DNA of 64,000 nucleotides from an uncultured bacterium (GTDB lineage Bacteria > Armatimonadota > HRBIN16). The position numbers and the translations under genes are program-made. Location: NCBI GenBank assembly GCA_964579145.1, contig CAZOGB010000001.1, positions 12,573-76,572 on the forward strand, in the 5' to 3' direction. Each line of letters begins with the position of its first letter. The stretch's first letter is position 1. The notes below the pieces were generated by a model that was given only the letters and a program-made list of their open reading frames with translations, was not told the DNA's origin and made no database searches. Of the stretch, positions 1 to 8,784 are shown in pieces.

Positions 1-1
1 C

Positions 2-142
2 AAGCCCATCATTCTGCTGACCGGGTTTGGCGACCAGCGCGTGTCGCAAAACGCCTATTCGCATCTGGTGGACTATGTGCTGATCAAACCGGTGACCCTG
101 TTCGCCCTGCGCGAGGCTATTGCGAAGGTGACGGCAGAATAG
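2..142 (+). CDS. Response regulator receiver domain, C-terminal fragment (5' end outside window)
   Basis: Frame 2 translates as KPIILLTGFGDQRVSQNAYSHLVDYVLIKPVTLFALREAIAKVTAE*, typical of the C-terminal end of a CheY-like receiver domain. The stop codon TAG is at 140-142. Confidence 0.55.
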   Translation, partial: KPIILLTGFGDQRVSQNAYSHLVDYVLIKPVTLFALREAIAKVTAE

Positions 143-175
143 GGTATTATTCGGGAAAACAGGCGGAGGTAGAAG

Positions 176-664
176 ATGTCGCAGCCGCTCGTAGGGATTC
201 TGATGGGCAGTGACTCCGACCTGCCGGTGATGAAACAGGCAGCGGAAGTGCTGGAGCAGTTCGGCGTGCCCTATGAGATGAAGGTCTCCTCGGCGCATCG
301 CACGCCGTTTGACACCATAGAGTACGCCCGCACGGCACACGAGCGCGGGTTGCGGGTGATTATCGCGGGCGCAGGAGGGGCAGCGCACCTGCCGGGCGTT
401 GTCGCCGGGGTGACCACCCTGCCCGTGATTGGTGTGCCTATCGAGAGCAAACTGCAGGGGCTGGATTCCCTGCTCTCCATCGTGCAGATGCCGCCCGGCG
501 TGCCTGTAGCGACGGTAGCCATCGGCGGTGGGCGCAACGCGGGCATTCTGGCGGTGCAGATACTGGCAACAGCAGACCGCCAACTTCACGCGAAGCTGGT
601 GGAGTTTAAAGAGCAGATAGCCGAGCAATCGCGCGAGAAGAATCGGAAACTGCAGGGAGAATAA
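176..664 (+). CDS. purE: N5-carboxyaminoimidazole ribonucleotide mutase (PurE)
   Basis: The 162-aa ORF carries the PurE hallmarks [18 protein letters not shown] and [12 protein letters not shown]. An RBS-like GGAGG lies upstream. Confidence 0.95.
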   Translation: MSQPLVGILMGSDSDLPVMKQAAEVLEQFGVPYEMKVSSAHRTPFDTIEYARTAHERGLRVIIAGAGGAAHLPGVVAGVTTLPVIGVPIESKLQGLDSLLSIVQMPPGVPVATVAIGGGRNAGILAVQILATADRQLHAKLVEFKEQIAEQSREKNRKLQGE

Positions 665-665
665 A

Positions 666-1712
666 TTGCAGGACAAACGCCTGAGGTTGACCCAGCTGGT
701 GCGATGCGCGGGTTGAGCGAGCAAACTGGGACCCACCCAGCTGGCGCAGGTTCTGCGTCAGTTTCCAGATATCGCTCATCCTGACCTTCTGGTCGGGATT
801 GACACCCGTGACGATGCAGGAGTGTTTCGCGTCCACGAGGACCTGGCGCTCGTGCAGACGGTGGATTTCTTCACTCCGGTGGTGGATGACCCCTACTGGT
901 ACGGCGCCATCGCCGCTGCGAACAGCCTCAGCGACGTGTATGCGATGGGGGGCACGCCGCTGACCGCGCTGAATCTGGTCTGCTTCCCCGTTGAAAACGC
1001 TCCCGCCGAGATGCTGGCGGACATCCTGCGAGGCGGGTACGAGAAGGCACGGGAGGCGGGAGTAGTCATCCTGGGCGGGCACAGCGTGGACGACCCCGAA
1101 CCCAAATACGGCATGGCGGTCACGGGCGTGGTGCACCCGCAGAAGGTGGTTACCAACGCCGGCGCGATGCCCGGCGACCTGCTGGTGCTGACCAAGCCGC
1201 TGGGGGTAGGCATCATCACCACCGCAGCGAAGTTCGGCGAGTGTCCGCCCGAAGTGCTGGACCAGGCGATACGGGTGATGGCGACGCTGAACGCCGGGGC
1301 GGCTGAGGCGATGCAGGAGGTAGGCGTGCACGCGGCAACCGACGTGACCGGCTTTGGGCTGATCGGGCATCTGCACCAGATGGCGCGGGCAAGCGGAGTG
1401 GCAATTCGCCTGAACTGGCAGAGGATACCGTTTCTGCCCGATGCCGAACGTCTGGCAATGCTGGGTAACACCACGCGCGGTGGGAGCCTGAACCACGAGT
1501 ACGTTGGGGAGTCTTTGCAAATAGCCGACGGCGTTCCCCTCTCGGCTCAGCATGTCCTGCTGGACCCGCAGACTTCCGGGGGACTGGTGATTGCGGTAGC
1601 CTCCGAGCGAGCGGATGCCCTGCTGGCGGCACTGCAGAGATACCAGACCCCCTGTGCGCAGGTCATCGGTGAGGTGTTCGAGGCAGAGCCGGGGGTGATT
1701 GTGGTAGAGTAG
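666..1712 (+). CDS. selD: Selenide, water dikinase (selenophosphate synthetase SelD) with an in-frame UGA (selenocysteine) at 714-716
   Basis: The six-frame ORF 822-1712 matches the SelD core (DFFTPVVDDPYWYGAIAAANSLSDVYAMGG). Extending upstream in the same frame gives TTG(666)-QDKRLRLTQLVRCAG-TGA-ASKLGPTQLAQVL...LLVGIDTRDDAGVF. This aligns residue-for-residue with the E. coli SelD N-terminus ([25 protein letters not shown]...LLVGNETRDDAAVY). The TGA falls exactly on the catalytic Cys17 position. A GGGAGA RBS lies 8 nt upstream of TTG 666, which sits 2 nt after the purE stop. Confidence 0.85.
726..740 (+). promoter_or_regulatory. Candidate SECIS-like hairpin (CUGGG-ACCCA-CCCAG) starting 10 nt downstream of the selD UGA
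   Basis: A perfect 5-bp inverted repeat with a 5-nt loop lies immediately 3' of the in-frame TGA, at the spacing expected for a bacterial SECIS. The structure is short, so the true element may be larger. Confidence 0.35.
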
Positions 1713-1714
1713 GG

Positions 1715-2296
1715 CTATCTCATTATCCCTGTGCCGTCTACAGGAAACGAGTCCAGAACGACCAGTACTTTGCGTGCCTCTGCCAGCGAGCGAGCGTTAC
1801 CGGTTATGCCTTTTCCTGCCACCACCGGCAGAGCGTTCATCCCTCGCTGGCGCAAAAGCTCCGCCCGCGCGATGGCGCGAAGCACATCGTTTTCATCCAC
1901 GGTCCACGAAATCTCCCACGCCATCAGATACTCTTCGTCGGTGGTACGATGGCGACCGGTGACCAGCAGGTCTACAGCCAGAATCTGTTCCCATTCCTCG
2001 CGGCTTAGAGGGCGTTGTTCATAGAGCGAGTCGATCAGTCTTCCCTTGTCTAGCACCCGAAGTCTGCGGAAGAAAGGCCCCAGGATTGCAGTAGCGTTGG
2101 CACGATAGTAATGCTCCAGGTGAAATCCTTTGAGTTCGCCAATGTCGTTCCGCACGGTGTCCAGACGTTCTATCAGTCTATCCATTCTTGCGATGAGTTC
2201 ATCCATCCGTGCGATGAGCTGGTCCAGCTTGATGATAAGCCCCTCCCATTGCATGGGAAGATAGTTAGCCGACTGTCCACTTGATCCCATTTGCAT
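1715..2296 (-). CDS. Hypothetical protein with N-terminal heptad coiled-coil repeat (LIARMDE/LIARMDR/LIERLDT)
   Basis: The 193-aa ORF is convergent with selD. It contains an internal 21-nt tandem repeat, and no confident family assignment could be made. Confidence 0.55.
   Translation of the reverse strand: MQMGSSGQSANYLPMQWEGLIIKLDQLIARMDELIARMDRLIERLDTVRNDIGELKGFHLEHYYRANATAILGPFFRRLRVLDKGRLIDSLYEQRPLSREEWEQILAVDLLVTGRHRTTDEEYLMAWEISWTVDENDVLRAIARAELLRQRGMNALPVVAGKGITGNARSLAEARKVLVVLDSFPVDGTGIMR
2156..2218 (-). repeat. Three in-frame 21-nt tandem repeats encoding LIARMDE-LIARMDR-LIERLDT
   Basis: The plus strand reads cattcttgcgatgagttcatc / catccgtgcgatgagctggtc, two near-identical 21-mers with a third diverged copy. 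Confidence 0.6.
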
Positions 2297-2324
2297 CGCC
2301 GTCCTCCGAAACCGCGCAGGTTAA

Positions 2325-3008
2325 TTATACCTTTTCTGGGGTTTTGGGGCGGAAGGCGGGGTAGCCCCGGCTCTCCATCATCTCGCCGATGCGGCGCATT
2401 AGCTCATGGCTGAACGCTTCCCGCGCCTGACGGTCGCTCTCGTACTGCTGGGCGAACTGCTCGTAGCATATCGGCTCGCCGAAGACCACCTGCAAGCGGT
2501 GCCATCGGGGCAGGCGGGGGTCTGCGGGCATAATCTCGCGCGTGCCAATAATCGCCGTGGGCACAACGGGCGCGCCACTCATCTTCGCCAGCAAAGCCAC
2601 GCCGGTCTGCGGCTCCAGCAGATAGCCATCTCCACTGCGCGTGCCTTCGGGAAACATGATCAGCAGTTCACCCTGCCTCAGCACATCCAGCGCGGTGCGC
2701 AACGCCTGGCGGTCGGCGGTGTTCTGGTGAACGGGAAAGCATCCCACCCGGCGGATGTACCAGCCTAAGAGGGGTATCTTGAAGAGCGGGGCCTTGCCCA
2801 TGAAACAGCATCGCCGGGGCCAGGCGGCGCACCCCACCACCGGCGGGTCCATGTAACTCGTGTGGTTGGGAGCCAGAATCGCCGCGCCGGGCGGAATGTT
2901 CTCGCGCCCCTCTACCTTCATCCAGAAGAAGATGCGCAGGATGGGGCATATCACCCAGCGCGAAATCAGGTAGAGGGCGGCGCTTCGTTCGTGAACCGGG
3001 CACGGCAT
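2325..3008 (-). CDS. plsC: 1-acyl-sn-glycerol-3-phosphate acyltransferase (PlsC family)
   Basis: The NHTSYMDP (HX4D) and FPEGTRS acyltransferase motifs are present. The 5' end overlaps the cmk 3' end, so the true start may be internal. Confidence 0.8.
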   Translation of the reverse strand: MPCPVHERSAALYLISRWVICPILRIFFWMKVEGRENIPPGAAILAPNHTSYMDPPVVGCAAWPRRCCFMGKAPLFKIPLLGWYIRRVGCFPVHQNTADRQALRTALDVLRQGELLIMFPEGTRSGDGYLLEPQTGVALLAKMSGAPVVPTAIIGTREIMPADPRLPRWHRLQVVFGEPICYEQFAQQYESDRQAREAFSHELMRRIGEMMESRGYPAFRPKTPEKV

Positions 3009-3658
3009 ATTTTGAGCACCTCCTCCACCACCTCGTCCAGACTCAGGTGTTCGGTGTCGATAACCACCGCGTCGGGCGCAGGACGCAGGGGCGCAACATG
3101 GCGGGTACTGTCGCGCTGGTCTCGCGCCTCCATGTCCAGCTTTACCTGCTGGAGGGAGATGTCAATGCCTCGTTCCAGCAGTTCTTTGTGTCGTCTGCGG
3201 GCGCGTTCCTCCAGCGACGCGGTGAGAAATATCTTCACCCCCGCATTGGGGAAGACCACCGTACCCGTATCGCGTCCCTCGGCGACGGTGCCGCCCTGTT
3301 TGGCGAAATCTCTCTGCCAGTCCAGCAGAATCTCACGCACCTCGGGGATGGCGGAAATGGGCGAAGCAAGGTTGGCAACCTCGGGCGCGCGGATTGCCTC
3401 GGTGACGTCCTCGCCGTCCACCAGTACGCGCTGTTCCCCGTTGTGCTGTCGCAGTTCCACCTTTGTCTCACGAGTCATGTCCACGATATACCCGGTGTCC
3501 TGCGGGCGCAATCCGCTCTTTATCGCTTTCCACGCCAGCGCACGGTACAGCGCGCCCGTGTCCAGATAACGATAACCCAGCGCCTGCGCCACGCGCTTTG
3601 CCACACTGCTCTTGCCAGCCCCAGCGGGACCGTCAATAGCAACCACTCTCTGCTTCAC
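2966..3658 (-). CDS. cmk: Cytidylate kinase
   Basis: The motif VVAIDGPAGAGKSSVAKRVAQALGYRYLDTGALYRA is present. The likely GTG start at 3658 forms a GTGA overlap with the aroA stop; the ORF-track start at 3721 would overlap aroA by 67 nt. Confidence 0.9.
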   Translation of the reverse strand: MKQRVVAIDGPAGAGKSSVAKRVAQALGYRYLDTGALYRALAWKAIKSGLRPQDTGYIVDMTRETKVELRQHNGEQRVLVDGEDVTEAIRAPEVANLASPISAIPEVREILLDWQRDFAKQGGTVAEGRDTGTVVFPNAGVKIFLTASLEERARRRHKELLERGIDISLQQVKLDMEARDQRDSTRHVAPLRPAPDAVVIDTEHLSLDEVVEEVLKICRARFTNEAPPST

Positions 3659-4953
3659 CGCGCACCTCCTTGCAGTTCCTGCAACTTCTCGAAGAAGTTC
3701 GGGAAAGTTTTTTGCACGCACTCCGGGTCGGCGATGGCGATGCCGGGCACGCGCAGCCCAATCAGTGCGAACGCCATTGCGATACGATGGTCGTTGTACG
3801 TTTGCACGATGCCGCCCGTCGGCGTGCCCGGACAGATGGTTAATCCATCAATATGTTCTTCCACACAGACCCCCAGCCTTCTCAGCTCGGTGGCGACCGC
3901 ACTGACCCGGTTGCTCTCCTGATAGCGGGCGTGCTCCACTCCCCGGATGCGGGTTGGACCCTCGGCAAACGGCGCCGCCACCGCCAGCGTGATAAAAGTA
4001 TCTGAGATGTCCGACATGTTCACGTCCACACCATGCAGGGCAGTTGTGCCCTGAACCTCCACCGCGTCGGGAAGCCAGCACACCACACAGCCCATCTGCT
4101 CGAGAATATCCACGAAACGAATATCGCCCTGTAGGGATTCACGGTTCAGCCCCTGCACGCGCACCCGCCCCCCGGTAATGGCTGCGGCGGCGAAGAAGTA
4201 GGAGGCGGCGGTGGCGTCAGGCTCTACAGCATAGGTGGCATCGCCTGTCAGATGATATTGCTGGGGCGCGGGCACAACAATACGCGCGCGTTGCTCCTCC
4301 CAGCAGGCGTCCACCCCGAACTGCTTCATCATGCGCAGGGTCATCTGCACAAAGGGCGCAGATACCAGAGTACCCTCAATGTGTATGGTGACCGCGCTCG
4401 ACGCACAGGGAGCTACCATCATCAGCGCGGACAGGAACTGACTGCTGATGTCGCCGCGCACGGATACCTCTCCGCCTTTTAACCCGCGGGCGCGAACTAT
4501 CACCGGCGGACAACCTGTCCCCGCTTCCGAAACCGCCTCGGCGCCCAGCGCGTTCAGGGCGTCCAGCAGGGGCTGAATGGGGCGTTGACGCATGCGCGGT
4601 GTGCCGTCCAGCCGATAGGTTCCGTTGCCGAGGGCGACCATCGCGGTCAGGAAGCGGGCGGCGGTTCCCGCGTTCGCCACCCACAGGTCAGCCTGTGCGG
4701 CAGGTATTTTGCCTCCCTCTCCTCGGATGATGATAGTGTCGGGGCGGGGCTTCGTTATCTGGAACCCCAGCCGAGCCAGGCTCTCCTGCATCACCTGGGT
4801 ATCTTCTGAATCCAGGGCGTGAGTGATGGTTACCTGCTGAGGACAGAGAGCGGCGAGCAGTAAAGCGCGGTTGGTAATGCTTTTGGAACCCGGCAGGTCT
4901 ACCACAGCCTGCGGTGCTGAGCGCAGAGGAGCGATTTCCCGAATAGAGGTCAT
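3655..4953 (-). CDS. aroA: 3-phosphoshikimate 1-carboxyvinyltransferase (EPSP synthase)
   Basis: The 432-aa ORF carries LPGSKSITNRALLLAAL and the overall EPSP synthase signature. Confidence 0.95.
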   Translation of the reverse strand: MTSIREIAPLRSAPQAVVDLPGSKSITNRALLLAALCPQQVTITHALDSEDTQVMQESLARLGFQITKPRPDTIIIRGEGGKIPAAQADLWVANAGTAARFLTAMVALGNGTYRLDGTPRMRQRPIQPLLDALNALGAEAVSEAGTGCPPVIVRARGLKGGEVSVRGDISSQFLSALMMVAPCASSAVTIHIEGTLVSAPFVQMTLRMMKQFGVDACWEEQRARIVVPAPQQYHLTGDATYAVEPDATAASYFFAAAAITGGRVRVQGLNRESLQGDIRFVDILEQMGCVVCWLPDAVEVQGTTALHGVDVNMSDISDTFITLAVAAPFAEGPTRIRGVEHARYQESNRVSAVATELRRLGVCVEEHIDGLTICPGTPTGGIVQTYNDHRIAMAFALIGLRVPGIAIADPECVQKTFPNFFEKLQELQGGAR

Positions 4954-5798
4954 AGCCCAAACGCCTGCCGAAGGATATGCGCCTCGGTAAACAGACGCTG
5001 AATGGTCTCGGCGTCTTCCTCGGCGATGGCAGAGCGCACCTCCTGCAGTTTGCCGATGAACTCGTCAATCGCCCACATCACGTGCTCACGGTTATGCAGA
5101 AAGATATCGCGCCACAGCTCGGGCGAGCTGGCAGCAACGCGCGTGCCATCCCGGAAACTGCCCCCGATTAACTGGGGGTACGGGGTGTTCTCGGCGACGT
5201 GTACCAGTGCCAGCGCCAGCGCGTGGGGCAGGTGGCTGGTCAGCGCAACGGCGCGGTCATGCTCATCGGGGTCGGCGGTGATGACCTGCGCTCCCAGCGC
5301 CTGCGCCAGGGTAGAGACCTTCTGCAGAGCCTCTGGAGATGTTTGCTCGGTGGGGGTAATCGCCCAGGTGGTGTTCTCGAACAGGTCAGCGCGTGCGTTG
5401 TGCACCCCCGTTTGCTCCGACCCTGCCATAGGATGCCCTCCCACGAAACGCGCTCCCAGCAGGTTGGTGGCTTGCCGAACGATGCCGCTTTTCACCGAAC
5501 CCACGTCCGTTACCACGCACTGCGGGGAAATCCATTGCCGGAACAGGCGTATGGTGGGCACGATTAATCCCACGGGCGTGCACACCACCACCATATCCGC
5601 GCCGGTGACGCCTTCCTGCAGGGAGGTGGTTGCCGAGTCAATGGCGCCCGCCTGCAGTGCCACCTGAAGCCGTTCGGCGCTTCGCCCGACACCCACCACC
5701 TGTTTTGCCAGTGCTCGCTGGCGTGCCCCCATACCAATGGAGCCTCCGATAAGCCCCACGCCAACGATACACAGTCTTTCGCAAATCGCCTCTGCCAT
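4950..5798 (-). CDS. tyrA: Prephenate/arogenate dehydrogenase
   Basis: An N-terminal Rossmann motif IVGVGLIGGSIGMGAR is present, and TyrA-family similarity continues throughout. There is a 4-nt overlap with aroA. Confidence 0.85.
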   Translation of the reverse strand: MAEAICERLCIVGVGLIGGSIGMGARQRALAKQVVGVGRSAERLQVALQAGAIDSATTSLQEGVTGADMVVVCTPVGLIVPTIRLFRQWISPQCVVTDVGSVKSGIVRQATNLLGARFVGGHPMAGSEQTGVHNARADLFENTTWAITPTEQTSPEALQKVSTLAQALGAQVITADPDEHDRAVALTSHLPHALALALVHVAENTPYPQLIGGSFRDGTRVAASSPELWRDIFLHNREHVMWAIDEFIGKLQEVRSAIAEEDAETIQRLFTEAHILRQAFGL

Positions 5799-5807
5799 TA
5801 CGACCTC

Positions 5808-6830
5808 CTATACACGGCGACCCACCGCCGGCGCCAGTTGACGCAGTTTCTGCATCATCTCTTCGAAGGCGTCGAACCGCAGGGACTGCGGCCCGTCCTT
5901 CAGAGCACGCTCGGGCTGGGGGTGCACCTCCACGATGATACCGTCCGCGCCCGCTGCGATGGCTGCGGCGGCAATGGCGGGCACCAGACTGGCTTTGCCC
6001 GTGCCATGTGAAGGGTCGGCGATAACGGGTAGATGCGACAGCTCTTTCGCGACAGGGATGGCGTTGATGTCAAAGGTGTTTCGGGTATAGGTTTCAAAGG
6101 TGCGGATACCGCGTTCGCACAGGATGATATTGTAGTTACCGCGCGAAGCGATATATTCCGCTGCCTGCATCCACTCCTCAATCAGCGACGCCCAGCCTCG
6201 CTTGAGCAGTACGGGCACTCGCGTGTTGCCGATTTCCTTCAACAGGGAGAAGTTCGTCATGTTGCGCGTACCGACCTGCAGGATGTCGGCATACTGGGCG
6301 ACGAGTTCCACGTCGCGCGTGTCCATAACCTCGGTCACGATGGGCAGACCGGTCTCCTCGCGTGCCTGTGCCAGCAGTTTCAGCCCCTCTTTGCCCATTC
6401 CGTGGAATGAGTACGGTGAGGTGCTGGGTTTGTACGCGCCGCCGCGCAGGATATGTGCGCCCATCTGCTTGACGAACCGGGCGGTTTGCATCAACTGCTC
6501 TTCGGACTCGATGGTGCAGGGTCCCGCCATGATGGTTAGCTGTTCTCCGCCGATTTTCACGCCCCGAACGTCGATCACAGTGCCCTCGGGGCGGAAGGGA
6601 CGCCCGACCAATTTATATGGCTTGGAGATGATAACTACCTGGTCCACGTAGGGCAGGGCGCGCAGCTGTTCGGAGAGCGCCGCTTTGTCGGTGTCCAGCA
6701 CGCCAATACAGCCGACGATGGTGCGCTCGACGCCGCGCGAAATATGCACGCCGAACCCACGTGCCTTCAGGTTGTCGTTCAGTTCTTCGATATCTTTGTC
6801 TGTCGCTTGAGGCGTGAGTACGATAACCAA
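5808..6830 (-). CDS. 3-deoxy-7-phosphoheptulonate (DAHP) synthase, type I-beta with N-terminal ferredoxin-like regulatory domain
   Basis: The 340-aa ORF resembles Thermotoga-type DAHPS/KDO8PS (QLTIMAGPCTIESEEQL, catalytic TIM-barrel motifs). Confidence 0.9.
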   Translation of the reverse strand: MVIVLTPQATDKDIEELNDNLKARGFGVHISRGVERTIVGCIGVLDTDKAALSEQLRALPYVDQVVIISKPYKLVGRPFRPEGTVIDVRGVKIGGEQLTIMAGPCTIESEEQLMQTARFVKQMGAHILRGGAYKPSTSPYSFHGMGKEGLKLLAQAREETGLPIVTEVMDTRDVELVAQYADILQVGTRNMTNFSLLKEIGNTRVPVLLKRGWASLIEEWMQAAEYIASRGNYNIILCERGIRTFETYTRNTFDINAIPVAKELSHLPVIADPSHGTGKASLVPAIAAAAIAAGADGIIVEVHPQPERALKDGPQSLRFDAFEEMMQKLRQLAPAVGRRV

Positions 6831-7046
6831 GGTAGCAGTGCTCCTCCTTCAATCGGTGTGGGGTGTGAACGAATTATACATGAAAGAACGGGCGGTCGTC
6901 AACCGATAGTGCAGATGGCTTTCTCACCGCTGGCGATGGCCTGGGGAGCCGACCTTCTGGGATTGGAATGCCGGCAGGAAAACCCAGAGGCACTGGGAAA
7001 CAAGATACATTCATCGTGATGCTCGTAGCAAACAGGAGGTCTGACA

Positions 7047-7856
7047 ATGCGCGTTCTGGTCATATGCGACATGGAGGGCATCAGTGGAATCACCGTCTGG
7101 GAGCAGGTGACCGGCGGCGGCGCACTGTACGAAGAGGGTAGGCGTCTGTACACGGCGGACGTGAACGCGGTGGTGCGCGGTTGTAAACGCGCCGGCGCCG
7201 AGCACATCACGGTTGTTGACTGGCACGGCGCGGGAGGATGCTATTCCTTCAAGAGCCTGATTCCAGAGCGTCTGGAGCGAGGCGCGCGCTACGTTCTGGG
7301 GGCAACCTACATGCGCTATACGGAGCCTTTGGAACAGGGTTGCGACGCGGTGCTGTTCGTCGGCTTCCATTCCATGGCAGGTACGCCCGACGGCGTGCTG
7401 TCGCACACGGTCTCTGCAGAGCAGTGGGTAGGTGCTTCGTTGAACGGCGAACCCGCTGGCGAAATCGCGCTGATGGCGGCGTTTTGCGGAGAGTGGAACG
7501 CGCCGGTCGTTTTTGTGTCGGGCGATGAGGCCGCCTGTCGTGAGGCGAAGGCTCTGCTGGGTGAGGGTTTGCATACCGTCGCGGTAAAGAAAGGGATTGG
7601 CAGGTTCGCAGCGGTGCATCTCCCGCCCGACGACGCCCATGCCCTGCTGGAGGAAACCGCCTGCTCTGCGCTCACCAGCGGGGTAAGTGTCCAGCCTTTC
7701 CGCCCGTCGCCGGTCACTCTCGAGGTGCAGTTCCACACTCCCGACGCGGTGCAGGCATACGTGGGCAAACCGGGTGTGGAGCTGAAAGATACCCGCACGG
7801 TGGTTGCCCGCGGAAACACCTTCTGGGAGGTTTGGGACCGCTTCTGGAAGCGGTAG
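7047..7856 (+). CDS. D-aminopeptidase DppA-like (peptidase M55 family)
   Basis: The N-terminus MRVLVICDMEGISGIT is typical of M55 D-aminopeptidases. Confidence 0.85.
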   Translation: MRVLVICDMEGISGITVWEQVTGGGALYEEGRRLYTADVNAVVRGCKRAGAEHITVVDWHGAGGCYSFKSLIPERLERGARYVLGATYMRYTEPLEQGCDAVLFVGFHSMAGTPDGVLSHTVSAEQWVGASLNGEPAGEIALMAAFCGEWNAPVVFVSGDEAACREAKALLGEGLHTVAVKKGIGRFAAVHLPPDDAHALLEETACSALTSGVSVQPFRPSPVTLEVQFHTPDAVQAYVGKPGVELKDTRTVVARGNTFWEVWDRFWKR

Positions 7857-7904
7857 AGGCGCAAGCGAAGTAATGTGAAAATGATACAATTTTGCTGGGA
7901 CTTG

Positions 7905-7913
7905 TGGTATACT
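7905..7913 (+). promoter_or_regulatory. Extended -10 promoter element (TGgTATACT) upstream of the Crp/Fnr-family gene
   Basis: The sequence tggtatact lies in an AT-rich intergenic region about 90 nt upstream of the ATG at 8005. A CRP-like TGTGA-N6-TACAA element at 7874-7889 is adjacent. Confidence 0.4.
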
Positions 7914-8004
7914 GTACTGCAGGATACATTCCATGCACCCGTCTTCCCCTCAAGAACGGGGGAAGATGGGGACAGTCTTGAGAAATCAACGAAGGTGCGA
8001 ACCG

Positions 8005-8706
8005 ATGGAGCAAAATCTGGCAAAAGATTTCATGCAGCGTATTGATGTGCTCTCGGCACTGGACGGGCGCCTTGCTGAGAGGCTGGCGGAAGAGGCACAG
8101 GAGCGGTTTGTGCGCCGCCGCGATCCCGTTTTCCTGCCCGGCGACCCTGAAGACGAGGTTTACGTGGTCAAAGAGGGACGGGTAAGGGTATACCGGAGGT
8201 CACCTGCTGGCAAGGAGATTTCGCTGGCACTGTTCGACCAGGGAGAGCTGTTCGGTGAGATGGCGCTGTTCTTCCCGTCCACGCGGGTGAACAACGCCGA
8301 AGCGCATGAAGACACCGAGCTGTACGTGGTGCCTGTGGACACCTTCCAGCGCTGGATGCAGGAAGACAACGAGCTCAAGCAGCTGGTGCTGTACATCATG
8401 GCAGACAGGCGCCGCGCGATGGAACAGAAGGCGGCGGAGCTGGTTTCGCTGGAAGTGCCCCAGCGCATGGCGAAGACCATCCTGTGGCTGTTCGACCGTT
8501 ACCGCACCGATATTATCGCCGGCAAAATCGCGCTGAACATTCGCCTGACGCATCACGAGCTCGCCAGCCTGTCGGGCACGACGCGCGAGACCGCCACCCT
8601 GATTCTAAACCGGTTCCGTCGCGACGGCTATATCGATTTCTTCGGGCGGCGGATGATCCTGCTCAACGAAGCGGAACTGGTGCGCATCGCCACCACGTAC
8701 GAGTAA
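8005..8706 (+). CDS. Crp/Fnr family transcriptional regulator
   Basis: A cNMP-binding domain (GELFGEMALF) and a C-terminal HTH (ELASLSGTTRETATLILNRFRRDGYI) are present. AAGGTG lies 7 nt upstream of ATG 8005; the ORF track extends to 7933. Confidence 0.85.
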   Translation: MEQNLAKDFMQRIDVLSALDGRLAERLAEEAQERFVRRRDPVFLPGDPEDEVYVVKEGRVRVYRRSPAGKEISLALFDQGELFGEMALFFPSTRVNNAEAHEDTELYVVPVDTFQRWMQEDNELKQLVLYIMADRRRAMEQKAAELVSLEVPQRMAKTILWLFDRYRTDIIAGKIALNIRLTHHELASLSGTTRETATLILNRFRRDGYIDFFGRRMILLNEAELVRIATTYE

Positions 8707-8735
8707 GGTTCTATCTTTCGGGGGAAATGGAAGGA

Positions 8736-8774
8736 GATTGCTTCGGCAAAGGCCGAGGCAATCTTCTTGTTCTG
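8736..8774. terminator. Bidirectional intrinsic terminator hairpin between convergent genes
   Basis: A 12-bp stem (gattgcttcggc / gccgaggcaatc, one G-U pair) with an AAAG loop is followed by T-rich cttcttgttct on the plus strand. Confidence 0.5.
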
Positions 8775-8784
8775 CCCCTCTGCC

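Noticed and set aside
714-716. TGA read as a stop, making selD start at 822
   Set aside because: The upstream frame aligns perfectly with the SelD N-terminus including the catalytic residue. Truncation at 822 would remove the active site.
606-1553. Long antisense ORFs overlapping selD (606-1553 minus, 893-1474 minus, 1216-1632 minus)
   Set aside because: These are typical high-GC antisense open frames. Their composition is Arg/Pro/Ala-rich nonsense and there is no RBS. The sense strand carries an unambiguous SelD.
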